Of a stretch of DNA of 64,000 bases, positions 1 to 11,475 are shown piece after piece. Below the pieces are notes generated by a model. That model was not told the origin of the DNA and made no database searches. It saw only the letters and a list, made by a program, of their open reading frames with translations. The stretch covers positions 38,998,001-39,062,000 of the forward strand of contig NW_024704742.1 in the NCBI RefSeq assembly GCF_018977255.1, written 5' to 3'. Position numbers and translations under genes: made by a program. Source of the stretch: Callorhinchus milii. Lineage: Eukaryota. Position 1 is the stretch's first letter. Each line of letters opens with the position of its first letter.

Positions 1-34
1 GAGCTGGGCATTGGTTTTACAATCGATCTGTAAT

Positions 35-501
35 AAATAATCCCAGCATTTGATATTGTGTCTTTCATGTCAGGAGGACATCTCTAAGCACTGCAAGGGA
101 TTTTTATTGTAAAGCGTAATAACTATTTTGTGGGTGAACACAGCAACCGACTTGCACATATCAATGTCTCACAAACAACCATGAAGTGAGTGATCAATTT
201 TATTTAGGGGATTATTGGCCAGGATAACCAGGAGAAACTCCATCCTCTTTCAAATAGTGCCATGGGATCTTTAAAATCTTCATGAACAACAATTTGCATT
301 TATACAGCGTCCTTTATGCGGGATAGCTTCCCAGAGCAATTTACCCGAACAGTTTAAGATCTCATCTGAAGCATGGCACCTTCAACAACGTGGCACTGCA
401 TTGGAGTGTCAGCCTACGCTACTATGAGTTCAAGACGTGGGACTTGAACCCACAGCCTTCTGACTCAGAGCAAGAATGCTACTAATTGAGCCAGGCTGAC
501 A
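35..501 (-). mobile_element. DeuSINE-type SINE, near full length, with a nested short L2-tail insertion at 289-346
   Basis: Reverse complement shows a tRNA-like head (tgtcagcctggctcaattagtagc...ggttcaagtccc), Deu core (aaagatcccatggcactatttgaa...tcctggccaata) and an L2-type tail. Confidence 0.75.
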
Positions 502-1939
502 ACCGACAATCTGTCTTGTTACACAAATGCCAGAAGGAGGATCTCCTGCACATTCAAGCTACCAGCTTCATTAAACAGAGAACTGTGTGATTCTGGACCT
601 GGCAACCACAACAGTCAACACACTGAGCCTTTATAGAGGCGAGGTTTCCTCCTGTTGGTCATTATGGTTCTTAAGAAATAACTCAAGCAGTAAATTGGCC
701 CAATTACTGAACATGGATAAATGAAGGTTTTTTTTATCTCAGTCACCTCCTGCTGCCCGAGGGTTTGTAAATTTTAAATAACCACATCAGGAAAAGGCAG
801 CGTGAAGCACAAGTGGCTCAAAATAAGCAGTTAACAATGTAATTAGTGCAAATAACAAACTGAGGGCTTGACATCCCACCTCATCTTAACCTCAAAGTCC
901 TATTTATCTTAAAATTCAAGATTGTGTAGAATGACTGTTTGCTAAAGAATAGTACAAACATAGCTTTCAAATTAAGACTGAATTTAATGATGTTACACAA
1001 TCCTGTTTGTCTGTGGAGCCGAATGGGAAGCATCCGAGCCACAGTGACTGGTCTACTCCTTCAGGTCCTACCAATGAGGCAGCCTGACTGGTTCATCATC
1101 AACAGTACCCTGGAGTACTGTGGAGCTGGCTGGCTCTGGTAGAGAATCAACCTGATTCTGATCTTCCATTGCCAGGTATTGATATAAGAATCTGACATTA
1201 GTCCAAAAGATCACTGCAGAATGAGGTTTACAGACAAAGTGTCATCCTGAAGGAGATCCTCTCGCAACAATAAGGTCTCTATAGTAGCAGCTTCCATCAC
1301 GCTCCTCACCAGGTGTACAGTGTCAGCTACAATTGCAACTTAAGGCAGTTCTTAATCATGAGAGACAAGTCTGTGGCACATTAGGAACAGAGCTCAGACT
1401 TGCTGCCTACTCACATCATGATTAACTACTCCATGTTCAGAAATGTTCAGTGCCAGTGGAATAATTATTGGTTTCCAGCATCAGTTAGGTGTTTTTAATT
1501 ACTGGCCTCGACAATATTGTCGCTAAGTGCTTTTTGCCATTTGCTTCACCAGGAGAAAAAAAAGTATATATTTTGCTTTTTAAGCAGGCGAAATGTCAAC
1601 ATTGGTGAAATTCTGAGTTTTACCACTGCACTATTCATGAGTACATTTTACCAACCAGAGTAAAAAGCACTTTGTGGTACATGTTTGAGAAAGGCAATTC
1701 ACCTGTAGCCTTTGCAACCTCAGCACGTGGGGTGTTAACAAGGTTTATAACTGTATTTTTGCACTTGTGGTTTTCCTGACTTCATATCTGTTCCTGGGGT
1801 GAATAATTCCAAGTGAAGCAAACGTAATTTTTTGGAAAGTTAACAATTTGTAACATGTGCACCAGAGTAAACTCCCCTTAGAAATACCATTCAATTAGAT
1901 CAAACGTTCATTAGATCATCTATCTAATGACTATCCTGG

Positions 1940-2390
1940 CTTGGAGCTGAACTGGCTCCAAGGTGACATGTTTGGCAATAGAATGCTGGAATCGAGCCAA
2001 TTATCAGTGGCTATGTCAGTAAACCACTTCCTGAGCCAGGCGGGTCCGCAATACACCAGATCACTGACGATAACAGCACAGCCAACCAGGCTCATCGGCA
2101 GGACTTGGAAGGCAAGAACTGTTATTGGGACAGGGAATCCTCCCACTAAGCTCCTTTTATTCCCTGCAAGCCAAAGCCCTAATGGGAAGTGTGGTCCTAG
2201 TTGGCCAAGCAGTGGGAAAGCTGGGCAGACACTGCTATCAATGGCAAGCTATCGGTTTTAGTTTGTTAGACTCCAGCAGTACCCCAATGCACACTCTGGT
2301 GTCCCCAAGCCTTGGTTCATGCCAACCTGCGCCTAATGCTCTCTGGATTTAGGTAAGCAGGATGCATCCCTCCAAGGAAAGAGTGCGCAT
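1940..2390 (-). repeat. Unnamed dispersed repeat; other copies at ~1050-1175 (+) and ~43520-43870 (+)
   Basis: Shared colinear blocks such as ggagtactgtggacttgcctggctcaggaa, ttccagtattccattgccaaagatgacaccttggag and gcttggggactccagagt. Confidence 0.65.
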
Positions 2391-3039
2391 TCCATTCCAA
2401 CAATTTATCTCTGGAAATTCCATGTGTAGGTGGGATGCATAGAATTATCAGTTTGGTGATGGGTTTCCGCATGCGTCAGACACACAGATGACCAACACAA
2501 AATTGTCCCTCAGTATTCAGGATAAAATCAAACTGTCCTTGATTTGCATAAAAACCTAATTTGTGCAAATAGATTGTTGAGCGATGATCAGTACCTTTTT
2601 TGGCTGAGGAACATACAGTCTTAATTGAGTTTGATCTTATCGACACCAAGCAAATATTCTGATAAAGAAACTCCACATGGAGCCTTGACTCCAGAATGAA
2701 TGAGGCATTTTCTGTTTATTAAGCTGATAACAATCAGCTTGCAGCTGTCAGATAATTTGTTTTGTGGTCTCAGCCCAGTCACCAGCTACCAGCCAATTCT
2801 ATTTGCATCTTATCGCCATCTTATGTGGCCACAATTTCCATGTCAACTAATGAGTATCATTAAAAAGGGAATGAGATAAGACCATTGCATATGGATTAAT
2901 GACTACACCTGCATGTAAACTATAGGCCAAATGTTTTTTTTAGAGGAACACAGGAATAAACAGGACAGAAAAAGGCCATTGTGGTCCATCTGACCAGTTC
3001 CAAAGACAAATGAATAAATAACAAATAATTGATCATACA

Positions 3040-3236
3040 CCAGTGTCATTAATATCAAATTAGAAGTGGCTTTGTGCAGAGATCAAAGATCGCTGGGAAC
3101 TAGGTTGAGACTGTCCAAATTTGTTTCACATGGGACTCTGAGAGCCAACAGATGGAAGAAACTTTTATCCTATTAGTCTGGACTGGCTTTAAGCCCAGAT
3201 TCTGAGTTGCAAACCAATTGAACAACCCAATCCATC
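3040..3236 (-). mobile_element. LF-SINE-like ancient SINE, 5' half
   Basis: Reverse complement ccagtccagact...ccatctgttggct...atgtgaaac...gtctcaacctagttcccag...cacaaagccac follows the LF-SINE consensus as recalled. Confidence 0.6.
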
Positions 3237-4984
3237 CTAAAGTTGCCTCATTAAGTTAGACCTTATTTACTGCACTCTAAAATTGGTTTATAGTTCTCAG
3301 GTTCAGATACTGAACCAAAGAATCACTCTCAGTAAAGCAGTTACATAACAGTGGAATGAATTCTGTGACTGTGGATCATTACTAGTGATAATTATTGCAT
3401 CATAGAAAAGTCATCCTGTCCAAGTTTGGTCACAGGGATAACCCTTTACCTCAGGAGCTCATCACAATAGTTAGAACCTAAAATTGCTTGCCACCGTCAT
3501 TGAAATAGTTGATCCACAGAGCTTAAGTGCCAGTTTGTAGGCTACCAACAAAATTTAAAAAGGTCAAGAGTTGAGTCACTAAACGAGCACTTAAATGTGC
3601 CAGCAAGTTCAGTGGTGGCTGCAGGAGCAATCATTGTGATGAGGTTTGAGAGGGGATTTGGAGGAAGTTGCACAAGACATCAAGTTCAATTGGAAGTTTT
3701 TTCTGTGATAATAGTTACATTGGTGATAACTGTTTCATCATGTGTAATAATTTTGCTTCCAATCTCATTTCCTAAATTTCTGGGATTGTTCTTTCAATAT
3801 AAATGATTCTCTCTAGACTATACTTGCTTTGACCATAATGATAGTTTCAGGACGTTTGAATGAACTATTACGCAGAACCCTGTTGTAACTCGCTTTGTTA
3901 TAATGCGGTTTTACTTATTTGGTGCAATTGAGCTGTGGGTGGTACTGGGGTTGTTCTTTCCAGTTATATTGTGTAATTATTATCACAGAAAATAACTTCT
4001 AATTGATCATAATATCTTATGTGACCTCCTCCAAACTCCCTAAGTAAATTGAGATACTTACTAACGTATCCAAAATGTGAGTATAGAAAGCTGGCCGATT
4101 CGCTTCAAATCACATTGTCTTCCTTCAGGATGCTGGCTGGCTTCTCATGTGCTTAAAAAATGACTTTGGATTATCAGGTCACCACTGACATCATGGACAA
4201 CATGCAGGAAATTATGGCAATGATGAGCTGGAAGTCGGGTATTTTTAGTGCTGGAAGCAAGCCAAGATTCTGTGAGCATGTTTGCCTATGAACATGTACA
4301 GCCAATACTCTGTCTGCCAATGACATTTCTCAATAACTGAATAAAACTCAATAGCTGTCAGCTCTTTTAAGTCATTGGAAATTAAAAGACAAATTCATGG
4401 CTCACCTGAGCCTTTTCAAACTTTAACATTTAATACCCATGTACACAGCTGTTATAACTATTCTGCAGCTTGTGTCCATTTCTGACTGCATGGGGCTGCC
4501 TTACCTTTAAGTGCAATGCAGTGCCAAATCTGAAGCATCAAAGAAAACCTGGAATCATTCAAAAAGGTTGTTCAGGATTTAATTTAAACATTCCTGGGAA
4601 ATGGATACTTCAGGTAATTGTGCAATATAACCAACAAGGACTGAGTTAAATAAAAAGAGAAGGCTTCTGTTTGGAGTTGAAGCAGAACGCCCACACGGAT
4701 ACAATGGTGGGATTTGGACACACTTCACGGGGATCTGGTGTCACTGCAGCACATCTGCTCAATTGCTTCACACAGCAATGGCTTAACCTAGGGTTTCAAC
4801 AACAACTTACATTTATACAGCGTCCATCACGCAGGGTAGTGTCCCAGAGCACTTTCCTTTCACAGAAGAACCTTGAAGAGGTGGTTTATTTTTAACTCAT
4901 AAAGAATTGTGATTTGTTTCAAGAAAGCACACTCCGTACCTAGATGCATATCATTTGATTCAAACAGCTTTCTTCTCACAATAC

Positions 4985-5275
4985 AGATTAGAGTCAGATG
5001 TGACGCTAATGTGTAACTCATGTTCGCAAGTACAGTAATCTGTGCCTCCTCGTCCTTCTTGACTTCTCTGCCATCTGTGACACTGCCAAATATTCTATCC
5101 TTCTCCACCACCTTTACTCTCAGCTCCACCTTCACAGTTCTATCCTTGCCTGGTTTCATTCTTACCTATCCCAACATCTCCACTTTGTACCCCCAATGGA
5201 TTCTCCTCCTGTCCCCACACAGTCATGTTTAGCATTTCTCAGGGCTCTATCCTTGGTCCTCTCCTCTTTTACATC
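4985..5275 (+). mobile_element. L2 LINE reverse-transcriptase fragment (decayed)
   Basis: Remnants of LVLLD.SA..DT, LAWFHSYLS and QGSILGPLLF motifs. Confidence 0.7.
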
Positions 5276-5547
5276 TGAGACATTAAACTGAGGTCCCATC
5301 TGCCTGTTCAGGTGGACGTTAAAGATCCCATGGCATCATTTGAAAAGAAAAGGGAATTTCTCCCGAGGTCCTGGCCAATAATCCCCTAAATAAAATTGGT
5401 CACTTCATGGCAGTTTGTGGAACAATGTTGCATGCAAATTGGCTGTTGTGTTTGCCTACAAAATATACACTTTCAGAAAATCTTGTGAAGTGTTTTGATA
5501 CATCCTACCAACTTCAAAGGTGCTATATCACATGCAAGGATTATTTA
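5276..5547 (+). mobile_element. DeuSINE copy (Deu core plus L2-type tail, headless)
   Basis: gaggtcccatctgcctgttcaggtggacgttaaagatcccatggc...gtcctggccaata...atgcaaggattatt. Confidence 0.8.
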
Positions 5548-6403
5548 GTTTTATTGTATAAAGTTGGATGATAAAATGGTATCACTGTTGACTATCCCAC
5601 TGCTTTTAACTCAAGTTCTAAAACATCAGCAATGGGGGTAGGCTGCATGGTGTAATTACTGGAGCTGCAGTTTATGGATCAGGAACCTGCTTGTTAAATC
5701 CCTGCCCATGCTGAATCTGCTCAATAAGGGTTGTATAGGGAAACTAAATTGGCCATCAAAGGGATAGGGAGGGAAAAACCAGCCAAGAATTCCTGATTGT
5801 GGTTCCTCTTCACTACTAGTTGTGTGTGAAGCGTAAGGTAAGGAGAGATTAGGCTTGGCTGATCTCATGTTTGCTCATGGATGCTGACCTTCCCCTGCCT
5901 GTTATTAGGATACCAGTTTTTTAGTGAACAAAATCTGAAAACTCCAGTATCCTGATAAACAGCAATCAAAAATGTGACCTGCAAACTGGAAATCCAATCC
6001 TGCAGGACTAGGTTCTCAGATTTTGCCACTGAAACTGGCGCCAGGTCAGAATCCATTCAATACGTTAAATATCATTTGAACCACTGAGTTGGCACCACAA
6101 TATTATATTTACTAATTTGGCAACTGGAAATTAAATTAGAATGAAGTTCTTAACAAAAGACATCCTACAAGCATCCTAAAAATGTGAACTGGGTGATTGA
6201 AAACCTTCCGAAAAAAGATACGCTAAAGAAAAATATTCTTTACTGTTTCAGAACCTTGGCCCAGTTTCAGTTTAGCATGCGTGAAGCTGAGGCTCTGTGA
6301 AGGAGAGAAAATAACAATCCGCATGCCTGTTACCTGTTGCGCTGAAGAAACCTTGTGCTGTGTTGCTGTGTGTTTTTGTTCCTACATTGTGTTGTGTTCC
6401 CAG

Positions 6404-6463
6404 GGTTTGCCGGGCTCTCCCACAGTGGCGGCTCTGCACAGTAACCAAATCCTCACTGTCAAG
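6404..6463 (+). CDS. COL25A1: Putative alternative NC2 cassette exon, GLPGSPTVAALHSNQILTVK
   Basis: ttcccag|GGT...AAG|gtttgt, 60 nt, phase 0; resembles the COL13A1 NC2 alternative exon motif AALRSxxIxxLK (from memory). Confidence 0.8.
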
Positions 6464-6929
6464 GTTTGTGGATAACGCGTGCATGCTCAGTCAGGCCTCA
6501 GCCAGCATCCTGTCGCAATCGGTTGACTTTGATAAGCCTCCTCCAATAAACATGAATTGGTCATTGAAATTGAAGATATCCCTGTCTGTTGGCTAATGTG
6601 CTGGTGAAGTCTAAAATCATTTTTTTAATTTTAAAACAACATGCACAGTGTCCCACAATGTTTAGTAAAACTTTATTATGATGGTTAAAGTATTGATGTT
6701 TTACTTCCTCATTGTTTTTTTTCCTCTTTATTGGAAAGCATTGACTCAAATTACAGTAAGGCTGCACGAGTGAGCGTAGCCCCTGATATCTAACCTAATT
6801 CTGCTTTCTGAGTGTAGTTAGTGTCAATTCATTATTTGACAGTGGTGGGTGTGTGTGTTGAAAATAGATCAGGAGTGGGCTATTAAACCCATCCAATCTG
6901 CTCAGCAATTGTGTTAGTTTATGATAATG

Positions 6930-7930
6930 CTTTTTAATCTACTTCCCTATCTTTTCTTCATATTCTTACCTTCGACGTACCAATCGAACTCCTCCTTAAA
7001 CACCTCAATTGATTCTGCGCCTGACAGTGATTTCACATTCTCATAACCTTTTAATGAAGAATTGTTTTCTGGATTCACTTTCAACCAATTTACCTCTATT
7101 TTAAAATAGTGTGCACATACTCTGGATTCCCCTACCATAAGGAAGTGTAGTTCCCATAGAAACATGAGTAGACCATTCAGCCCCTCGAGCCTGTTCCGCC
7201 GTTCTGTAAGATCATGGCTGATCTGTACCTCAACTTCAATTACCTGCCCTTACCCAATATCCCTTAACACCCCGGTCTAACAAATATCTATCCACCTTAG
7301 TCTTAAAAATGTGAATGGATCCAGAATCCACAGCATTTTGGGGCAGAGAGTTCCAGATTTCCACTACCACTGGGGTGAAAAACTGCCTTCTGATTTCAGT
7401 CCTAAATAGCCCAGCTCTAATTTTAAGATTATGCCCCCTTGTTTTGGATTCCCCCACCCTATTGAATACCTTTATCTACCCGATTGAATCCATTTATCAT
7501 TTTAAAAACCTCAATCAGATCACCTCTCAACCTTCTAAATGCAAGGAAACAGGGACCAAGTTTATGCATAATTTATATCCTCATAATTTAACCCTTTAAT
7601 CCCCGGTATCATTATGGTGAACCTGTGCTGCACCCCTTCCAGATCTTGTTCAAATAGATACATTTTCTTTGAGCAATTGCTGGATTGTAATCAGTGCAGG
7701 AACCCTGATGTTCACCCATGAAGTACACATTACCAGCCCGTCAATTCTCTTTCTTATATTAAAGACCTCAATCAGAACACCCTTTAACTTACTGTATTCT
7801 TGGGACTATAAACCCAAGTTTATCCAGTCTCTCATCATACTAACTTCCTTTATCCAAGCTATCATCCTGGTGAATTGCTGCTGGACTTGTTCCAAGACCA
7901 ATGTACCTTTCCTGTAACTGAACACATTAC
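6930..7930 (-). mobile_element. Older CR1 fragment (6930-7160, 7731-7930) interrupted by a younger CR1 3' end (7157-7641)
   Basis: ORF 7236-7457 TRGHNLKI...FFTPVVVEIWNSLPQNAVDSGSIHIFK is a CR1 ORF2 C-terminus; shark-type CR1 3' UTR ccattcagcccctcgagcctg. Confidence 0.8.
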
Positions 7931-8384
7931 TTTGTAATTAGAGGCAGTAGGGATAAATCAGAGCAAAACCTGATCTTGTTCACATAGATACATTTTCCTC
8001 CAGCGGTTGCTGGATTATAATCAAGTGCAGGAACCCTTGATGTTCGCCTACAAAGTATACATCACTACACTTTACAGTGAAGTGCTTTAAGATGTCCTCC
8101 TGACGTGAACCGGTGTTATTTCAAATATAATGATTTTTAAATTATTTTCCTGTCCTCAACCTGGGAACACAGAGTTGCTCTTACTGAGATTCGCCATCTC
8201 AATGCAGACTGACGATCGAACCTGGGTTAATCTTAGTCCACATGTTTATTCACTGAGATATCAAGAAAACACAAATTAAAAAATAAAGGGCTATTCCACT
8301 TTGTTTGATGTGTGTCAGAGGCAAAGGTAATCAGGGCAGGGTGGAGATAACTGCCCCCTGGGGGCCTTTAGGTGTACATATGAT

Positions 8385-8582
8385 GCCTTTACCTCCCGCT
8401 CCGATACTTTTCCCGTCACTCTCCGCATTGCCTCATATCTCTAGTCCTCCAGTTCTAATCCTGTCGCTCTCCACGCTGTACAACTTCATGAGAGGCAGTG
8501 CAGAGAGTGACAGGAAGAGAACCAGATTGGGATGTAAGAGGTAGCGTGGGGAGTGGTATGAAGAGAGCTGAAGCAGGAGCTC
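8385..8582. repeat. Palindromic element of ~50 bp units (two forward, two inverted)
   Basis: 8385-8438 matches the reverse complement of 8488-8542 at roughly three quarters of positions by eye. Confidence 0.7.
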
Positions 8583-9871
8583 TCTACTGCACAAGTGCCC
8601 CATCGATTGGTCAACATGAGAGAAGTAGTGACAGATATCAGGAGCTAAGCATGGGCAAAACTTTCCCATGTTCCAGATAAATACCAATGTAATTCCACTA
8701 AGGAGAGAAAAAAAAGTGCAAAGGTTACAAAGCAAACTAAGCAATTTTGTAATTTCAGTCAATTCCAAAACTTCCAGAATCAGAAAAAGGGTTGATTCAT
8801 TGCAAGCAATTATTTGTCATTTTCAACATTCATTTTAATCGATTTGAAAATAATGAAACAATGAATGTGTAATAAACTAACAGTTAAATATTTTAATTCA
8901 AGCAGTTAATGAGGAACTATCAGATTATAATTCAAAAATTAACCTTTCTCTTATTCACAAAAGCCACAGAGGAAGTGTCTTTCCATTTACCTATAAATAC
9001 TGGCGAATCTCTGAATTTGTTCATTTACTTATTAAATTCTGTTATGCAACAAAGCGTTCTCATCAAAACTTTGCAATCACCAGACAAAAACAAATATGCA
9101 ATTCAACTGAATGGCTATCTATTGGCACAGTGGGTTGTGTTTATCACTTGCTTGATTAAGTGCAGAATCAGTATGCTGAGCCAAATGTCTGACTGAATGT
9201 ATCACTGCAGATCCTAATACTTTGGTTACTGGAATCCATGCCTATTGTCCATCAACATGCAAATTGAAGTGTGACATTTCATAAGGTTGCCTTGCTTTGA
9301 ATTGTGTGACCTCCACCAGTTACGGGGCAAGAGCATTAAGACAAATGAACATAAAAGGAGAACTTTGCTTTGAATATTTGGCATTATCCGTCACACTAAT
9401 AGTGGCAATAGCCAGTCAATACCGTATGTTTCTAAATTATCGGGATTTATTTCTAGTGCTTCAGGGTTAGAATTATGCAATATAAACATCAGATGATTAG
9501 ATAAGCTGGTAAGTGAGATTTAGAGAGCAGGTTAATTGAATATATTAGGGAAAATGATTATCAATTACGGTTTTCTTATATAATTATGCCACTTTGAACA
9601 AGCATTTAAATCTTTTAAAGATTGGAAAAAGAGTATTTCATGGAACCGTTGTTCTTTATCTGATCTTTTCCTTATGCATATTGGTATCGATATGGCATGG
9701 ATTTCACAGCCAAAGCTTCTGTTTTATGTAGGTTATAGAAATATTCATTGAACTTTGCTGTTCTTAATCTTATCTCCTCCTTCTTTTGATACCTTCCCTT
9801 GCCATTCCCTTGCCATTCCTTCACCTTTCTCACCTTTTACCTCCAAACTTTGACTTTACCTGCCTGATCAG

Positions 9872-9949
9872 ATGGCGTTTCCATACCCAAGAGTCAATCA
9901 TGGGTTCCTGTCGGCTGATCAGCAGCTTATTAAACGACGTCTCATAAAG
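9872..9949 (+). CDS. COL25A1: NC2 exon MAFPYPRVNHGFLSADQQLIKRRLIK
   Basis: tgatcag|ATG...AAG|gtagta, 78 nt; matches collagen XXV NC2 including LIKRRLIK. Confidence 0.95.
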
Positions 9950-10233
9950 GTAGTAGAGCTGATGCTTGTAGAATTCTTCTTTACATTCTTTGCTGTAAAT
10001 ACGATTCTTACCTTTCCTTGGTTTTCTTTATCTGTATTGTGCTTGGTAATAATTAAACAATTGCCTTCGATATAATTTGTTCAAGTCACTTGGAAAATAA
10101 ATCATAATCTTTAACAATTGTATATCAGAGTAAAATGTAATAAATAATATGTGCCCGTGAGATTTTGGATTCAAGTGACTGAAATGGATATTTTGTATTG
10201 TTTTTGTATTTACACTTTTTTGCTAACGTATAG

Positions 10234-10350
10234 GGTGATCAAGGTCAAGTTGGGTCCCCTGGACCACCGGGGCCTCCAGGTCCTCCTGGCCCACGTGGAC
10301 CCCCAGGTGACACAGGAAAGGATGGTCCCCGCGGAATGCCAGGAGTATCT
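10234..10350 (+). CDS. COL25A1: COL2 exon [39 protein letters not shown]
   Basis: tatag|GGT...TCT|gtaagt, 117 nt, 13 Gly-X-Y triplets. Confidence 0.96.
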
Positions 10351-10709
10351 GTAAGTAATCCTTCGGATTCATTTCAGTTCATTTTGCAGTGATTCCTCAT
10401 TTAGAAAGCAGCTTGATGCTGTGATGGGAGGATGGCAGGGTGGGGTTTCTGGAGGAATGAGATAAGATGGCCCAAAGGCCTTCTTTATCCAAAGTCAATC
10501 TTGTGATCTTTCACCCTACGACACCCACCCAAAGCTCTGTGGAGCCTCCTGTCTTCTTGAACTGACCTGTCTGTGCTCTTTCAGCTTGTGCATTGTGATG
10601 CTGAAGGAAAATTAATATTAGAGTAATAAAGTTGCAGAAACACGAGGACATCTGTATTGCTATGTCATTAGCCTGAACTATCAAATTCATTTAAAGATGC
10701 AATTCAGTC

Positions 10710-11475
10710 TAGTTCCTTCTTGAAGGCCAATATAGATTCTGCCTCAACCACCACTCCTGGCAGGGCATTCTGTATCCTCCCTACTCTGTTCGTGAACTTT
10801 TTTTCCATTTGTTCGTTTACTAAATATTTTAAATTGATGTTACCGACTCACCAACCAGTGGAAATATTTTTTCCCTATTGACTATCAATATCCCTCATAA
10901 TTTTACAGATCTCTATCATGTCATCCCTCAATCTTTGTTCCAGCAGAAAAAGTCCCAGTTCCTCCAGTCTCCACTCATAGGCCAAACCATTCATCTCTTT
11001 ATTATCCTAGTAATCTTCCCTGCACTCCCTCTAACACCTTGATGTCTTTCCTAAAGTAGGTTGAATAATACCCCACTTTAGGTGGGGTTTGGTCACCCAA
11101 TACTCCACCTAAAGTGGGGTGAATGCAATGTTCTAACTGCAGTCTAACTAACAATTTATATAAGTTTAGCATGATCTCTATAGTTCATACCCCTATTAAT
11201 AATACCTAAGATTCCAATAGCTTTTTTGACAGCGTTGTCCATCTGCCTTCCCACCTTTAAGGATTTATGAAATCCCCAAGTCCCCCAAACCCCCACATTA
11301 ACTCCCAAGTCCATTTGCTCTTTCACTCCTTTTAATATTTTACCACCCAACATATATATGTCCTCCTATTCTCCCTCTAAAATGTATAACCTCACATTTG
11401 TCCACATTAAATTTCATTTGCCATTTCTCTGCCCAATCAACTAATCTGTGTCCCCCTGAAGGTGCTTACAATTTT
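10710..11475 (-). mobile_element. CR1 LINE 3' fragment
   Basis: ORF 11156-11353 (EQMDLGV...KSLKVGRQMDNAVKKAIGILGIINRG) is a typical CR1 ORF2 segment. Confidence 0.8.

Noticed and set aside
6545-6550. AATAAA after the NC2 cassette as an intronic poly(A) site
   Set aside because: The hexamer is frequent in this AT-rich DNA and there is no further support
9872-10075. ORF starting at ATG 9872 as an independent small gene
   Set aside because: The ATG directly follows a splice acceptor and is an internal Met of NC2; the remainder is intron read-through
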